A stretch of DNA of 64,000 bases, from contig NC_087437.1 of assembly GCF_036321535.1 (NCBI RefSeq), forward strand, positions 49,912,001 to 49,976,000. The letters run 5' to 3'. The DNA is from Camelus dromedarius. Taxonomy: Eukaryota. The notes under the pieces are model-generated. The model was given only the letters and a program-made list of their open reading frames with translations, ran no database searches and was not told the DNA's origin. Numbering within the stretch: the stretch's first letter is position 1; every line of letters begins with the position of its first letter. Positions 49,846 through 63,370 of the stretch are shown piece after piece. The position numbers and the translations under genes were made by a program.

Positions 49846-51984
49846 CCTGGAGTTTCTTTATGCATGTAAGCTACAGCTTGGCACACTTCAGAATGCGGTG
49901 AAGATAGTTAAGTTTTTAAAGCTAGGCATTTAAATATTTGCCAAATAAATTATATAGATAAAAGTAAGAAAAAGACTTAAGTATGAGAAAAACCTTTTTA
50001 CTTTTGCTATTGTTTTCAAAGAATTGTACATCTGAATCCATGCCTTCGTTTTAGAATACATCAAATTAGGAGTATCAAAATAAAGATAATTTCTCCTGAA
50101 ATTTTCTTTACCTCATAAGAAATAAAGTAGATCCAGGAATTTCACTAGGGGTCCCTGTGAATCTCAGGCTTCTTTTCCTTACCTGGCAAGTTACTGGAAA
50201 CATCTGAAATCAGAGCTGCTTCAAAGTTCTCTCTCAAACTTAATTTAAAAACCTCATCTTCAAATGTATTTTTCTCAACTTAATTCTCCCATACTACATA
50301 TTTGGTGCCCTTTTGTTTGTCTATTTCTGGCAGGACAGTGTATGGTCTATTTGATAAAATTGTTTTTTAAGACCCAGGTTCTTGCCATTTCAAGGCAAGG
50401 GATCCATGGATCAATATGGAACCACAGATTCAATTTGGCATCATTCAATCAACCTTATCAGCAAAGGACAGGGGTATTTTTCTCTGAAATCAGGGCTTTC
50501 ATCAAGACCACAGAGCACAAGTGAATCCTGCAATCTGCGTCTGCAATATTTGTGACCTGGAAACCAGCCCCAGGTAGGCAGGAAGACCAACCCTTTTCAC
50601 TATTCCAAAACCTGCTGCTTGACACTTTCCTATTCTCCCACAACACTTCTTGAAAATGGATTGCATTAGCTGTTTTGGAAGTGCTGTTTACACTCAGATC
50701 ACATCTTCTAATTAGTCCCTAAGTTATTCTAGGTCAGGAGCCACACAAGTGTCTTCCTGTGTCTTGCACAGTTTTCAGAGATCCTCACAAAAGTACTTAC
50801 TGAATGAACTTAGATTTTTTCACATGCTTTCAATTCTGTTAGCCCACAACCTAAGACAACTTAAGAGCAAAACCGTGGGGGAACTTATCTAGTCCCTGGT
50901 CTTTATTCCAGAATCCTGGAATGCAGCCAGTGTGGCTCCAGATTCACAGGTGTACTGGACAGCTCTTCAGAGCTCCTCCATAGTACTGAAAGTTTCTCCT
51001 TTGAGATCTTGACCTCCTAACAGTAACAGAGCCTGAGTGGTGACCTAATTGCTGGAAAATTATCCCTGTGGAATAATGGGTAAATGACAAACAATCATCC
51101 TTGCAAAGTCTCTGCAAGGTGGTATCTACCCTGTCTAATTATTCCCATGAAATGTGCGTTGTCTTTCTTAAATTTCTGAAATATGGCCTTAGGTATCTCC
51201 TGTAACAGTAGTTAGCCACTGGCTGGTCAACTGTGCAGATACAAAGTATATTTGGCTATACTTCAGTGAGGTGATAAAAGGCAATATTTATTTTCAAACT
51301 TTTTATTAATTATATCATATCAATCCCTTTCTCAAGAAGATATCAATAAGATTCTTCAGTTTAGACATCCTAACTTTGGTCCACTTTACCTTAAACTGGA
51401 CATTTTTAATATACAAGCTTTTAGAAATAATTAGAATTCACATTTTTTTCTAATCAGAATTTTTAAAATTACACTATATAATTACAGTGTATTATAAGAA
51501 ACTGCCAAATGGATAACCTTGTTGCACTGAAATGTTTTTGCTATAAACAAGTCTATCCTTTAATGGAATATTTGTCAGTGCATGTATTCAAAGAAGCACT
51601 CTCAAAGCATGTGCTCAGAAGTTAGGAAATAATTATATTTCTAAACATAATCTTTTCTAATCATCCCATTTTGTTTTACTTAAAAACAACCTGAGGGTTT
51701 CTAAGACAGGTACAATTATCTTTGATCTCACCTCCGAGGTATCATCCTTCTAGAAAATGATTTGGGGGGGGGGGACAAATAAACTCATAGATCGACTTTT
51801 CTTTTTCTTTCCCTGAAAATCCTCGATCTAATTACAAATAAATACACCAGCAAGGAACTGTCTAAATTTAGCCTCTAGCTTTTTAAAGATGGTAAGATGG
51901 AAAACACTGAATTTATAGTAATGTTTAACATTTCATCCATGCGGTTTTAATATACAGTGATGTTCACTTGTATGTAGACAAGTC

Positions 51985-52410
51985 TCAGTTTAGTTCAACA
52001 AACTTTAACTGAGCTCCTAAATTATGCCAAGAACTCTGCTGAGTTTCAGGGGCACCAGGGTGAAGATGAGAAGGTTCTGGACTTAAGAGGCCTTACTATT
52101 TGGGGAGACAAAAAAATAATTACAAAATTTTAATACAATGGCATAAGTTATGCCCAAGTAAATACAGGAGTGTCCTTAGGGGGGCTTCTGCCATACACTG
52201 TGCCCAGGCTGAGGCTTGAAGAAGTAATCTGCAAGTGGGAAAGGTGACAGGGCATAGGAAACAACGCAAATAATCCAGTGGTGTGGGAAGCAGCCTGGTG
52301 TTTCTTCAAAAAAATCTCTTAAATTTGAGGTCGGGTAGGGAATAAGGCCAGTGGGCGGCAGGTCCCTAGGGTTCTGTGTGCCACAGTGAAATAAGAATCT
52401 TGGATTGTTC
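51985..52410 (-). mobile_element. L2 fragment
   Basis: 'ttcaacaaactttaactgagctcctaa..atgccaagaactctgct'. Confidence 0.65.
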
Positions 52411-53706
52411 TGAGTAAGAACTAGTCTCTGGCCAAACCCTGGTCTTCCAGGCTGTTAGAACCATGGGGCTAAGCTTGGGCTAAGTGTACCTTCAGAATCC
52501 CTTTGTAACACCACCTCCAGCACTCAGAATCCTATTCCACCCCACATGTAAACTCCCCAGACTGCGCCTGAAACTGTGGGTCTTTCTTGCCACCATCCTG
52601 TTTCAGAAAAGATTATTGCACACCTGCCACATTTCAGTGATTGCAGAGACAAATGATAAATGATCAGATCCTGGCCTCAAGAAACTCACAAGCAAGTATT
52701 TATCCTGGGTCCCATCTCCTTAGGGCTCCGAGGGCACTCCAAGGTGGCAATTAGCCAAGATGGCAAACAAAGCCACCCAGTGTTAGGGGGAGAAGACTAG
52801 GTTCTCAGTCTCCTTCCCTTTCCAAGTAACATATATACATTGTGGCAGTGGCCTTCCTAAAAATGCTGCCCCTGTCTTTAGTCTAATCAAGAGAAACACA
52901 ACTTTCAAATTATTTATAAATGTTTTCACATTAGCCTCTTTCTTTAGAAGCTTTCAAGGTGTTTTAAAGCTTCTTAAAAAAATCATCACATTGGTTCATT
53001 TTATACTAAACTACAACGTGGTAGAGAGAGGTACAAAATATGTAAGCTTTTGGCAAAATGAAAAGTGCGTTCTGTAGGCATTTATATCAGCTGGAAGGGG
53101 AGAATGGCATTGGCAAAAGCAAGCGGCAGATAGAGTTTTAAAAATCGGCATCATCAGTAAACAGTTCCTGAACATCTTTTAGATGCGAGGTGCTGGGGAT
53201 CCAAAGAATTTTGGTAAGTGGTGTGTGCCTTCAGTGCGCTGACCATCTCTCTGGGAGACAGATCAGCCCGAGGGCAAGAGCATGGAGGGTTAGGTGACAA
53301 GAGGGTTTGCATCTACCACAGTGAGCAGGAGCAGCAGGTCTGAGAAACCTCGGAGGATGAAGCAGAGACTGTTACCCGGGTGATGAGCCCACCCACCCTG
53401 TTGGCTAACGCGCAAAACCTTAGACCTTGCAGGAACCAGCCATGACCAAGGAAGCGTGACCTTCAGGAGGGAGAAATCCTGCCTGCTCTGGTGGGAGTGG
53501 CCTGCTTCTGAGCGAGCAACTTGTTCTGCTATCATGAGAGGCTTCTGGCTTGACTCCTGGTGGGCAGTTCCTCACCAAGAGGCTGCGGTCTGAGCCAGGG
53601 TCCAAGACTGGCTGTCAAAGATCCCACGAGTTGCAGGCCTGGTCTCCAGGCCCTGACAACCTCTCAGAACTCAACCCAAGTTCTGCAGAGTCATATTAGC
53701 TATGGT

Positions 53707-53836
53707 TAGGGTGACCCTATACTTCATTGAGCAAACCAGGAAACTTCTGAAAAGAAAAGAGGACGCCATTAATAACTCGGCACAAACAACAGATTTAAAC
53801 GGGGACTTTCCTGGTTTGGGACACAGAGTCACCCTT
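53707..53836 (-). mobile_element. MER81-like hAT-Blackjack MITE
   Basis: Terminal inverted repeats TAGGGTGAC (53707) and GTCACCCT (53828-53835), ~130 bp long, with internal 'cgccattaataa'. Confidence 0.8.
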
Positions 53837-55899
53837 GCTGTTGACCTTGAAAAGTCCTGATGTGGGGGGGGGCCATGCACGATGCCTGCTGCTGTGTCAG
53901 GACACATCTGTCTAACACCCCTTAACAATGCGAAGACTCAGAGAGGTTTAAGGGAATGACCAGTAAATGCTGAGATAGGAAAGCCAAGTTTGACAACTAC
54001 CGAGGACCCAAACCTGAGTGTTGTTAGTAAAATAACCCAAGATATTACAGAGTCACTAATCATCCTTAAGTAAACAAATCCCAGCTGCAACCCACCCCAA
54101 ACCACCACACAGAACTGTGCTTATGAGAAGTCACTCAACGACATGTCACACTTGCATGGGGTAGTACTCCGTTGTGACTTTGGAACTGGGGGTCCTACAG
54201 GACACCACTGTTTCCTTTGTCCCCTGTGTTTCCTCTGTCCCTCATCTCTGCCAGCTGGCAGTCACATAGGTTTTCCTGAGTGCCCTAGTTTCAATTAATC
54301 CAGATGATCACAGTCTATATTTTTGGGGAACCCCTCCCCAAATAAATTTCATATGTACTATTAGCCTGTGAACCAAGTCAGATAAGCCCAAACATATTCT
54401 TCAAGTTTGGTAAAAATTTTCCTAGCCTTTTTCATCTGATATGATAATCAATGAAGGGACTGCAATTTGATGTAATTTTTAGAGATTATTGGGAAGTATG
54501 AAAAAAAGAACTCTTTCCTCAAAATCCCTGATTTGTGAAGAAAATGTTTGCTTTAGGGGCAGAGTTTAAGTACTAAAAAATTAAAACTTTACATTTTATG
54601 TAATCATAAAACTTTACATTGTAAAAGCCAGGCAACCTTTTTATTTGAGAGGTGATGTAGTACAATAGAAAAATTTAGATTTTAAAGTCTGATCAATTTG
54701 AGTTTGACCTGGCTATATGACCTTGGAAATGTTTATTTATGAAGGGGTCCAAAATATTCTGGAGCAAGAAAGGTGACATTCTATACCTATTTATTTTGTA
54801 ATTACTCAAAAGGAGTTCCTTACAGAAAAATTTTACTTGAAGGCACACGATGTAAATTTATGACATTGCTTCAACTGCAGAAGTTTGTCCAGATGAGCTA
54901 ATCAGAGGATTAGTGAGTCATCTTCATTGTGACGTGAGTTCCCATAACCTTTCTCTTGTTATAGAGCGAGACACTTGGTGTTACCCAACTGAACGAAAAT
55001 AAGGAGTATTCTTAAACTCACTGTGCCATGTCACTTCCTGCACGGTGGAACCCATTCACAGACAAGGCAGATACAATGAGGACTGTTAGAGAAACAGAGG
55101 GATGAAAGGCATACATTGTTTCCCCAGGTCTATGGAAGCAACTGAATAATGGCATTTTCTTATGAGTAGGAAAAGGTTTGCTTTCAGAGCATTTCTCTGT
55201 ATTTTCCTTGGATCCAGGACTTGTCACCGAGGACACAGTAAAACCCAAGGATAAAACTCAATCAGCAATAATTCAACACTCATAGGAAGGGTAGTTTTCA
55301 AAGACAATTAGGAAGCTGTTTGTAATTTGAGCTTCTAAAACCACTTAGGGAAGTTTACCAAGTTGGAGAAAAACATGAGTGTCTCCCTTTGTGGCTACAG
55401 TGCATAATGGGATGGAAGGCCCCACCAGGGGAGGGCCCCTTCGTGTTACTTTATGTTTGGTCCTTATGTTTAAGATTCAGCATGGTCTCAATGAAAAGAA
55501 CTCTAGGGAGGATCTGTAGTTTATAGGATTGGCATTCAGAGAGTAGATGTCTGTACATGTGGAATGATTTCAGAACAACCCTCTAGGCTTCCCAAAAAAC
55601 CTTCCCTGATGGTTTAGTCCCAAATTCCTAGAGGGTCAAGGCCTTTCACGATTATAAGTAGTAAAGTTTATTACTTATATACTGACTTATTAAAATTTAA
55701 TTTATATCCAATTTTATGTAAGTGTTTAAAATTAATATAGGCCTCTCGCCAACAGTATTGGCTCTTCACAAAACCCTAAGAAGTGATAGACAGAAAGGTA
55801 TGATTACATCAAATTATTATTGTGGATGACTTAGACTAGATCTTTTGACAGAGGGGATAGGGAGATCAGTGGAACTGGAGTTGGAGGGGGACACATAGA

Positions 55900-56400
55900 A
55901 AAGATTCATAGTAAAAATAGATATGCCTGTCAATCTAGCAACTATACTTCGTGAAATGTACCCCACATGAGTACTTACCCAGATGGATAAGGATATGTGT
56001 ATAATGATTCTCACTGCTACAGTGTTTGGGATCACAAAATGGAAACAAACCAAGAGTCAACTAAAAATAAATTGTGAAGCATACACAAAATGGAATCCTA
56101 TGGAGCAGTTAAAAAGAACAGAACTGTGAACTGTAGGCCACTGTGTAAAGATGTTAAGAATAAATTGCACATCAGCATGTATAGCATGACCTCATTTTAG
56201 ATTATAAAAAATGGGGAGCTAGCTAGATAAACAGATCCTTACATACACTGGGAGGACTTTCAGAAAGCTGCTCTATGGTTACGTAGGGAGTAGGCCAAAC
56301 AGAGTGGGAAAGTGGTGGTATACTTTTCATTATGGACATAGCAGTACACATTTTTGAAATTTTTATATATACTAAAAATGTTACTTTTTAAAAAAAATTA
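55900..56400 (+). mobile_element. Ancient L1M 3' fragment
   Basis: 'tctagcaactatacttc...aaaatggaaacaaacc...aatggaatcctatggagcagttaaaaagaac'. Confidence 0.75.
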
Positions 56401-56489
56401 TAAGTTGACTTTAAAGCATGTGTAAAGTTTTATATGGAAGGAAAAAGAAGAAAATGCTTACATGTCTCAGATACCCAGCTCTACATAAG

Positions 56490-56640
56490 ATATCTCCTCT
56501 AACCTTTATGACAACTCCATAGGCCAGGACTTTCCTTCATTTTGCAAATGAGAAGTAGAGGCCCCCAAAGATTAATTTGTTACCTTCACAAACTACAAGA
56601 ACAGATTCAACCCAATTTTCTGAGACCCCAAAGTCCCCAT
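56490..56640 (-). mobile_element. MIR fragment
   Basis: 'cattttgcaaatgagaagtagaggccc...gattcaaccc'. Confidence 0.6.
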
Positions 56641-56884
56641 GTATGCATTTCTATAGGACACGCTGATATGATGGCATACAAAGGTAATGAGAGTAACACC
56701 AAGCAGAAGCAAAAAGATTCTAACTTCTGGAAATAGAACCTGAAACCTAAGACTTGTCCCACAGGGTCAGCCCCACAGCGTGTAAGGCCATGCCTTGATC
56801 ACTAATGCTAGCAAGTAATAATTGTGCTGGTGCACTTGTCCTTATTAATGGCTTTGCAAATATGCTCCTAGGGTTGTTTCATGG

Positions 56885-56908
56885 AAAAAAAAAAAAAAAA
56901 AAAAAAAA
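56885..56908. repeat. A24 homopolymer
   Basis: Read directly from the sequence; no SINE body or TSD seen. Confidence 0.95.
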
Positions 56909-57648
56909 GGCAAATCAGAATGGAGCAGATCCAAAGAACAAAGTGGGGAAAAGGATTAAAGAGAGGCAACAATGAGCACGAGCTTTGCCGTGTTTCAAAA
57001 ATATTCTGTTCCATTCAGGATTCTAAAATGAAAGCAAAATTTTTTTTTCTTCCAAGACTAAATGGTGAAATGAAAAACTAATTTAATGTTGCCTTTGTAT
57101 TACCTTCAAAATAAAATTAAAGTCACTCTTTTATATAAACAATTCGCCTTACCAAGGTTAAGAAATCATTGAACAAAATCCTCTGAAATTATTCGTTTCT
57201 CTGTAATTTTTTTCTCTTTTGTTCTTCTACAGTTCAGAAAGCTTACTGACTTGTAAGTGACTCTTCATGCTAATATGCACAATATTTATACATCTATAAG
57301 TAATACCCACTTGCCCAGTGGCATTCCACACAGAAAAAATATAATTTTATGTATCATTAAGCAGTTTCCAAGGTGTCAGCAATTTCATGCAAAGCATCAG
57401 GGTAATGACTAGTAGCACTACTTGCTAAATAGCAGAGTGTTTGGAAATTTTTAAACCACTGTATTGGATACACCTGGACTCCCTGATTGACCCAAACTCT
57501 CCCTCCCTCATTCACATGGGTTCAGCAAATACGAGCAACTCGTAGCCTCTTTATGATGGTTCCTCTCTAGGGAAGAGGGCCTGGGAAGGGCAGAAGGGGT
57601 CAGAGGCCCCAGCCGTCCTCGTGGCAGTCAGCAGAGACACTCAGTGAC

Positions 57649-58569
57649 CAGAGCCGACAGCATGTTTACAGGACTCAGTGCAAAATGAAAATGCAGGGCC
57701 TCTTGCTTAAAAAGCAAGAAAAATGTGCCATTAAAGGTATTAAAACAAAGTGTTTTCATTTTTTCTGTGGTCTCTTTCTCTCAATTTGTCATGGTGTTTT
57801 TTAAATTTGCTATTTAATATCTTTCTAAGCGAAGAACAATATAAAAAATTTAAATTATTAGCATGAATTTTATCATTCATCTTTATATTGTACAATGGGA
57901 GTTTTATAAAAAAGCATTTAACTCAAATGCAGACTCATTGAAATGACACAACTCATTTGTCATAGTTCATATGCGCAAATGTAATTTGTTCCTATCAGAA
58001 CAGGGGAAACATGGCACAAAACTAACTCGCTGTTTTTATTTCACTTCTTCATGTGTGCACATTCTATCAATACTTTCTTCTTTTGGCTTACTGATGAACA
58101 AGCAAAGCCTGAACTAGGGGCTGACTTGTCTTTCCCTTTCCTTCTAGGTCATCATTTTCAGCACAAGTGGGTGGTTAATACAAAGAAGTAAGCAAGGGTT
58201 TCACGGATTCCTTGGGCTTTCATGTTCTTAGAACATCCTTCCATTGTTTCTGCACTAGAGGCGAGTTCTAAAGTCAATCTGAGTCTCACTAAAATCCCAC
58301 ACATTGTGAGTCCACCGAAACTGTGCTTATTGGGCACTGTGAATTCTATATGAGAATGAAGAAGAAAGGAATGGTGACACTCAAGTTATGTGTATTTCCT
58401 TTGCTCAAGGACATGCTCCATTGCCCCTCTGGACATAACTTAGAAAACACAAGTTCAAAGATAAAATTTTTAAGAATTTAAAGACAGCAACAGGAAAGTA
58501 GTGAAGCAAGCATTGACCTTTCTGAGTGGAGGGCCTGTGTGACTGCACACATCCATGAACCTGGCCCAG
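57649..58569. mobile_element. MER45B-like hAT-Tip100 non-autonomous transposon, near full length
   Basis: Starts CAGAGCCGAC...CAGTGCAAAATGAAAATGCAGGGCC and ends GTGACTGCAC..CCATGAACCTGGCCCAG (degenerate TIRs), ~920 bp. Confidence 0.85.
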
Positions 58570-59664
58570 CTTTTGAATCACCAAAGACAAGACTGTGCCC
58601 ATTTTCATGATGGAACAATGTCCAAGGGTACTAGCTCTGCAAAGGGAGAGACGGGGGCAGAGTGAGAGAAGAGAAAAGCCCCACGTCCCAGAAGAACCGG
58701 GTAATGATACATCAAAAAAATCATTCTAGTCCACCCCAAGCCTAGACAAATTAAGATGGTTAAATTGGCCAATATTTTGCTAGAGCATCCAAAATGCTTT
58801 CTGGTCCTTCACAAAATAATAGTTTGTTGTCAATGCTTTTTCCAGCTAATGTATACTTAAATATATTTTTCAGGCACAGGAAAATGTGCCAATGTATTAT
58901 CAGTGGCAACAACTCTCTCCATCCTGGGTTGACAGTTACATTCTGCTAAAATGTCAGATGTGTGTATGAGACCCTTGACATTCATAAGGGATGTAGCCCA
59001 AGTCCCCAATAACCCCTAGCTAGGGAAAATGGAATGATCCTGGATGTCCCATAAATTATTTTCTGTGCATATCTTCACACAACAAATACACTGCCTTTTC
59101 AATTGTCATATGTCTATTTCTCATACATTGGGTATTGTTATATAAATAAAGTTTATTTTTAATTCTTCAGAGTTACTGTATTAAATAATGAGTAGAAAAA
59201 CACAAAAATGATTCGTTTTCACAACCCAGATGCACAGAACATGTGACTCAATTTTGTGCCTCAGAAAAATTGCAAAATGACTACATACCCTAGGCTGGCT
59301 GACTGAAATGGCAAGTGTTACATCTTCAGATGTCCCAGATATGCTCTCTATTTCGATGTCCACCAAGGCCTAAAACATACAGTAACTCTTCTTAAGGAGT
59401 TTGCAAAAAGTGAAGAATGTTTGCTACTGATAGGACTTGAGGCTTTTATAGTACTTCTTCTAGCAACGACATTCTTTCCAGGTATGACGCCTCTGACTCT
59501 GTTGACTCTTGAATCCTAACTGATGCTTATAAACTTTTTTTTTTAATTGAAAAAATTTTAGTACTATTAACTTTTAACTAAGATAAAGAAAAGCCCCCAT
59601 AATAGAGTGATCAGGAAAGTCACTAAGTTCTGAACACCATAAACATCATAGTGACACTCTGTAT

Positions 59665-60130
59665 TCACTCATGTATCCCTTAATTAAGCAACTATGTTCC
59701 TAGCGCTGTTTGAGATGGGAGCGACGCAACAGTGAATAAGAGCGTGTGACATGCTTTAAGGAGCACAGGGATTGGTAGAGAAGATAAACATTAAACAATA
59801 AACTGCTGGCAGAAGTTCTTACCTGGGTGTGTGTGTGTGTATGTGGGTGTGTGGGTGTGTGTGTACATTCATGTGTGCTCCAGACAGTGAGGAACGGGAG
59901 GTCAAATTAAGGGGTACAAGTGGTGTCGGGGAAGGAGTCACAAGGAGGGGTAGGGAATCTGAGCTGGAGATTTCCCCAGGTCAAAAACAGTGTGTGTGAA
60001 GCAGTAGGTAGGCCTTTTAAGCCACACTAAGAATGCTGGACTTCACTCCAGGCAGTGGGAACTCAGAACGGCAACCCAGAGGAGGTGGTACCATCGAAAC
60101 ATTAGGTCTTGCAAAATGGTGACATAACAA
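59665..60130 (-). mobile_element. L2 fragment containing a degenerate (GT)n at ~59826-59864
   Basis: 'cactcatgtatcc..taattaagcaactatgttcctagcgctgtt...acagtgaataaga...ggccttttaagccacactaagaat'. Confidence 0.7.
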
Positions 60131-61899
60131 ATATGTTGTAATTCAACATAATGAACTGGACCAAGCTCGCAAAGCCAGAAGACTATCCTAGAAGAGCGTC
60201 CACAACCTCTGTCCCTTGGCATCTCGGTTTCTCTCTTTATCAACTACTTGCTCTTCTTAAGAGAGCACCTTGTGCCACACGTAAGTTTCACTGCCTGAGA
60301 GCTATAAAACTGCTTAAACTGAAAGAAAAAACTTAATCAGGATACATTAAGAATATACTATGTTATAAGCTACAGATGTAAATTTAAAAAGAACTTTAGC
60401 TCAATTAATATTCTCCCAGATAACATGCACTAAAATTAACTGAATAAAGGCCATACAATCAACCACAACTCTTAAGAGCTTCTCTCTCAGGGGAAGGGCT
60501 GTATTAGGAGTAAGATCTGGTGTCTGTCAGAGAAGAGTCAATGTGATGTAAAATGTCTGCCTCTGGGCTCCTTGGGGTATAATGGCATCATCATTCACAG
60601 AGTTTCTTGAGTTCTCTCAGTTTATAGCCTTTTTCAGTACACCTGTTATTTAGTTGTCATTCTTAGCCAGGTTCTGATGGAGGCTAATGGAAGAAAGGTG
60701 GGCACTCGCTCTCTCAGCTAAAACTGCTAGGATCTTTCAATTGTATGTGGTCAGTGCTACTCTGTTAGCACCTGATTACTCTCTAAATGCTTTGCTTGTG
60801 TTGCTTTTGACTCCTTAAACCAGATCATTCTCATAACGGTTGTACATCTGGACACCTAACTAACTATGCCCAGAATGACACTCGTGGATTAATTTCAAAA
60901 GACCTGCCCAGACCACTGCAGGCCACTTCTTAGTCGCATGAGCATGGAACGCAAGCAGAAATGGGTCAGACTCAGTATTTCCAGGCCAGGTGAGATTGTA
61001 AAAATAAAGTGACAACTGTGGGTCTGCAGAAATCATTTCCAGTAATAAACTTTGGTACTGATTTTAGCTAAATAACATAGTTGAAAAAAAAAGATTGATA
61101 AACGAATCTTTTTATTAGACTCCAACAAATTGACTATGTAACAATAGATTCTAATATAAAATTGTGGATTGAATGAATTCTGTATTTCACACCAGGATGA
61201 TAAACAGAGCCAACAGTTTGGTAAGCTTAGAGTAGAAACTATGTTCTGATAATCAGTTTGAAAAAGACAGTTCAAGCCTCTGCTAATTCTTCCTTGCTAC
61301 AGGTTTTGGTCTTTATAACAGAGTCAGAAGAAAAGTCTGCTTACTTTATTATCTATCATGATTTCCACTGAAATATTCTGAAAGATTTCACTACTCTAGT
61401 CTCAGGAGATGCTCTGTGAAAAACCAGTCATTGAATGTAAGAGCTATATCCACACAGTATCTGCCCCTAGGAGCTCCTAGTATTCTTGGAAAGAAGAGCT
61501 CTGTCTCCTTAAAGGAAACTGCACAGAAAGGCCACGTGTGATTATGTAAAAATTAGTGAGGCAGAATAAGCGCTATGGGAGTTGAAAGGGGGGAGAGCAA
61601 CTGAAGGCACATTACCCACTTTTAGAGACAAAGGCAAAACATACACACTCTTTGTTCCCTTCTGCCTGTCGTTGCTTTTTTCCTTTCCCAAAGACACTGA
61701 GAATACAAAATGTGTTGTTTGTTCTGTGCCCACAGCTCCGGCAGGCTGGGATCCCGACATTGTTAAGCCAAAAGACATTCAGTATCAGAGTTTGTTGTCA
61801 GGAAGTCATAGATCTTAGAGCCTGGGTAGAAGGAAACCCTCGGCCTCCTCTAAGCTTGCCTTCCCCACCCCACCCCCAGCCCCCACCCCTCCAGTGATC

Positions 61900-62500
61900 G
61901 CCTGGCTTCTACTCTGGCCCCCTAGCAATCAGTTCCCCAGGCAGCAGCCGAGTCATTCTTTTCAAATGTAAATTTGACCAGGTCTTTTTCCAGTAGCTTC
62001 CTATCACACTTAGAAAAAACTCAAAATTCTTTTACCACAGGCTACAAAACCCTGTGGTGATCTAGCCCTGGCCACCTCCCCACTGTCCCCCACCCCCACT
62101 CTCCTGGCTCGCTGATCTCCAGCCCCACTGGGCTTCTCCTTGTCCCTCCCTCCTCAGGGCCGGAGTACTTGCTGTTCCTTTGCCAGTGGCATTTCCCCTC
62201 ACTTCATCATGTCTCTGCTCATCCGCTCCCTCCTCTGAGAGGCCTGCCCTGACCCTCATCTAAAACAGCAGCGTCGTCCCCACCTCACTCCCACTGCATC
62301 CTCCATTCCCCTCACCCCCTCACTTTATTCTTCAATAGGCTCATTGCTATTTTTTTAATATTTATATATCAATTTGTTTACCTCCATGAGGGCAGGGACT
62401 TTATTCTGTATTTCTGGTTTTGCTGCAGTCTATATGCTGGGCACATTTTAGGTGTTCCATAAATGTTTGTTGAATGAATGAGGCAATCACTGAATGACTG
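61900..62500 (+). mobile_element. L2 (L2a-like) 3' end
   Basis: 'cctcctctgagaggcctgccctgacc...ctccatgagggcagggacttt...ataaatgtttgttgaatgaatga'. Confidence 0.9.
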
Positions 62501-62739
62501 GATGGTAAATTTACAGTAGAACAAACCTCCACAGCAAAAAGGATGTATGGTAAAGAATAGCGGAATGAAGAAAAAAAGAATGGAAGAAATGAAAGAAAGA
62601 AGAGAAAGAAGGAAAGAGAAGAATAGCTGAGTGAATTAGAAAATATAGACTTTCTCATCAAAATCCAGCCAGTGACTAACTTTTGCGGTGGCAGAGGAAT
62701 TTCAAGAACTTGTTCTGGAGAGAGTCTGGCCCTTACAGC

Positions 62740-62885
62740 CGGACAGCCTTGCATCAGTTACTCAGTCTCGTGTATCTCAGGTCTTTTAGCTCAAAAAGGG
62801 AACAATAACTACCTTGCAGGTCTATTACGAGGATTAAATGAGATAATGTATATGAAGCCTATAGGCCAAGTGTCACTATTATTAT
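62740..62885 (+). mobile_element. MIR fragment
   Basis: 'aacaataactaccttgcagg...gaggattaaatgagataatgtatatgaagc'. Confidence 0.75.
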
Positions 62886-63199
62886 TTCCCAAAAGCCTCT
62901 TTTATAGAGTTTCTTTAAATAGAAAAGTATCTTACTAGTTTTAACTGAAGGTCCTTTGGCCTGCTAATATATGAGAAAGTAATCAGCTCTTCATGAAACA
63001 CATGGTAATTACCACAGAAAGAAATATTTCAGATGATTGTTTTGAACTATCTAGATGAAAAAAACCCTCAGCATTCTGAGGATATAAATATATGACACAT
63101 GCCCTTTTCCAGTGATACTTTGACTTCCTGGAGATTTCTTAGCTTTCCAGGAGAAAGCTACATGAAGAATTGGGAATTATTAAATAACTTTGATTTTGA

Positions 63200-63370
63200 A
63201 AGAGGTTAAGGCTCTGAAGAACTTGTGAAAACAGTACAGCTTCCAAGTAACCCTCACCCAGCTTCCACCAACGATTATATCTTACATAACCATAGTATGG
63301 TCTCAAAACCCAGAAATTAACGCTGGTGCACCTCCACTAATTCAGATATAAACCTTACTTGAATTTATAT
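63200..63370 (-). mobile_element. Ancient L1M (L1MC/L1MD-like) 3' end fragment
   Basis: 'cctcacccagcttcc..caac...atcttacataaccatagta...tcaaaaccc.agaaattaac'. Confidence 0.75.
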
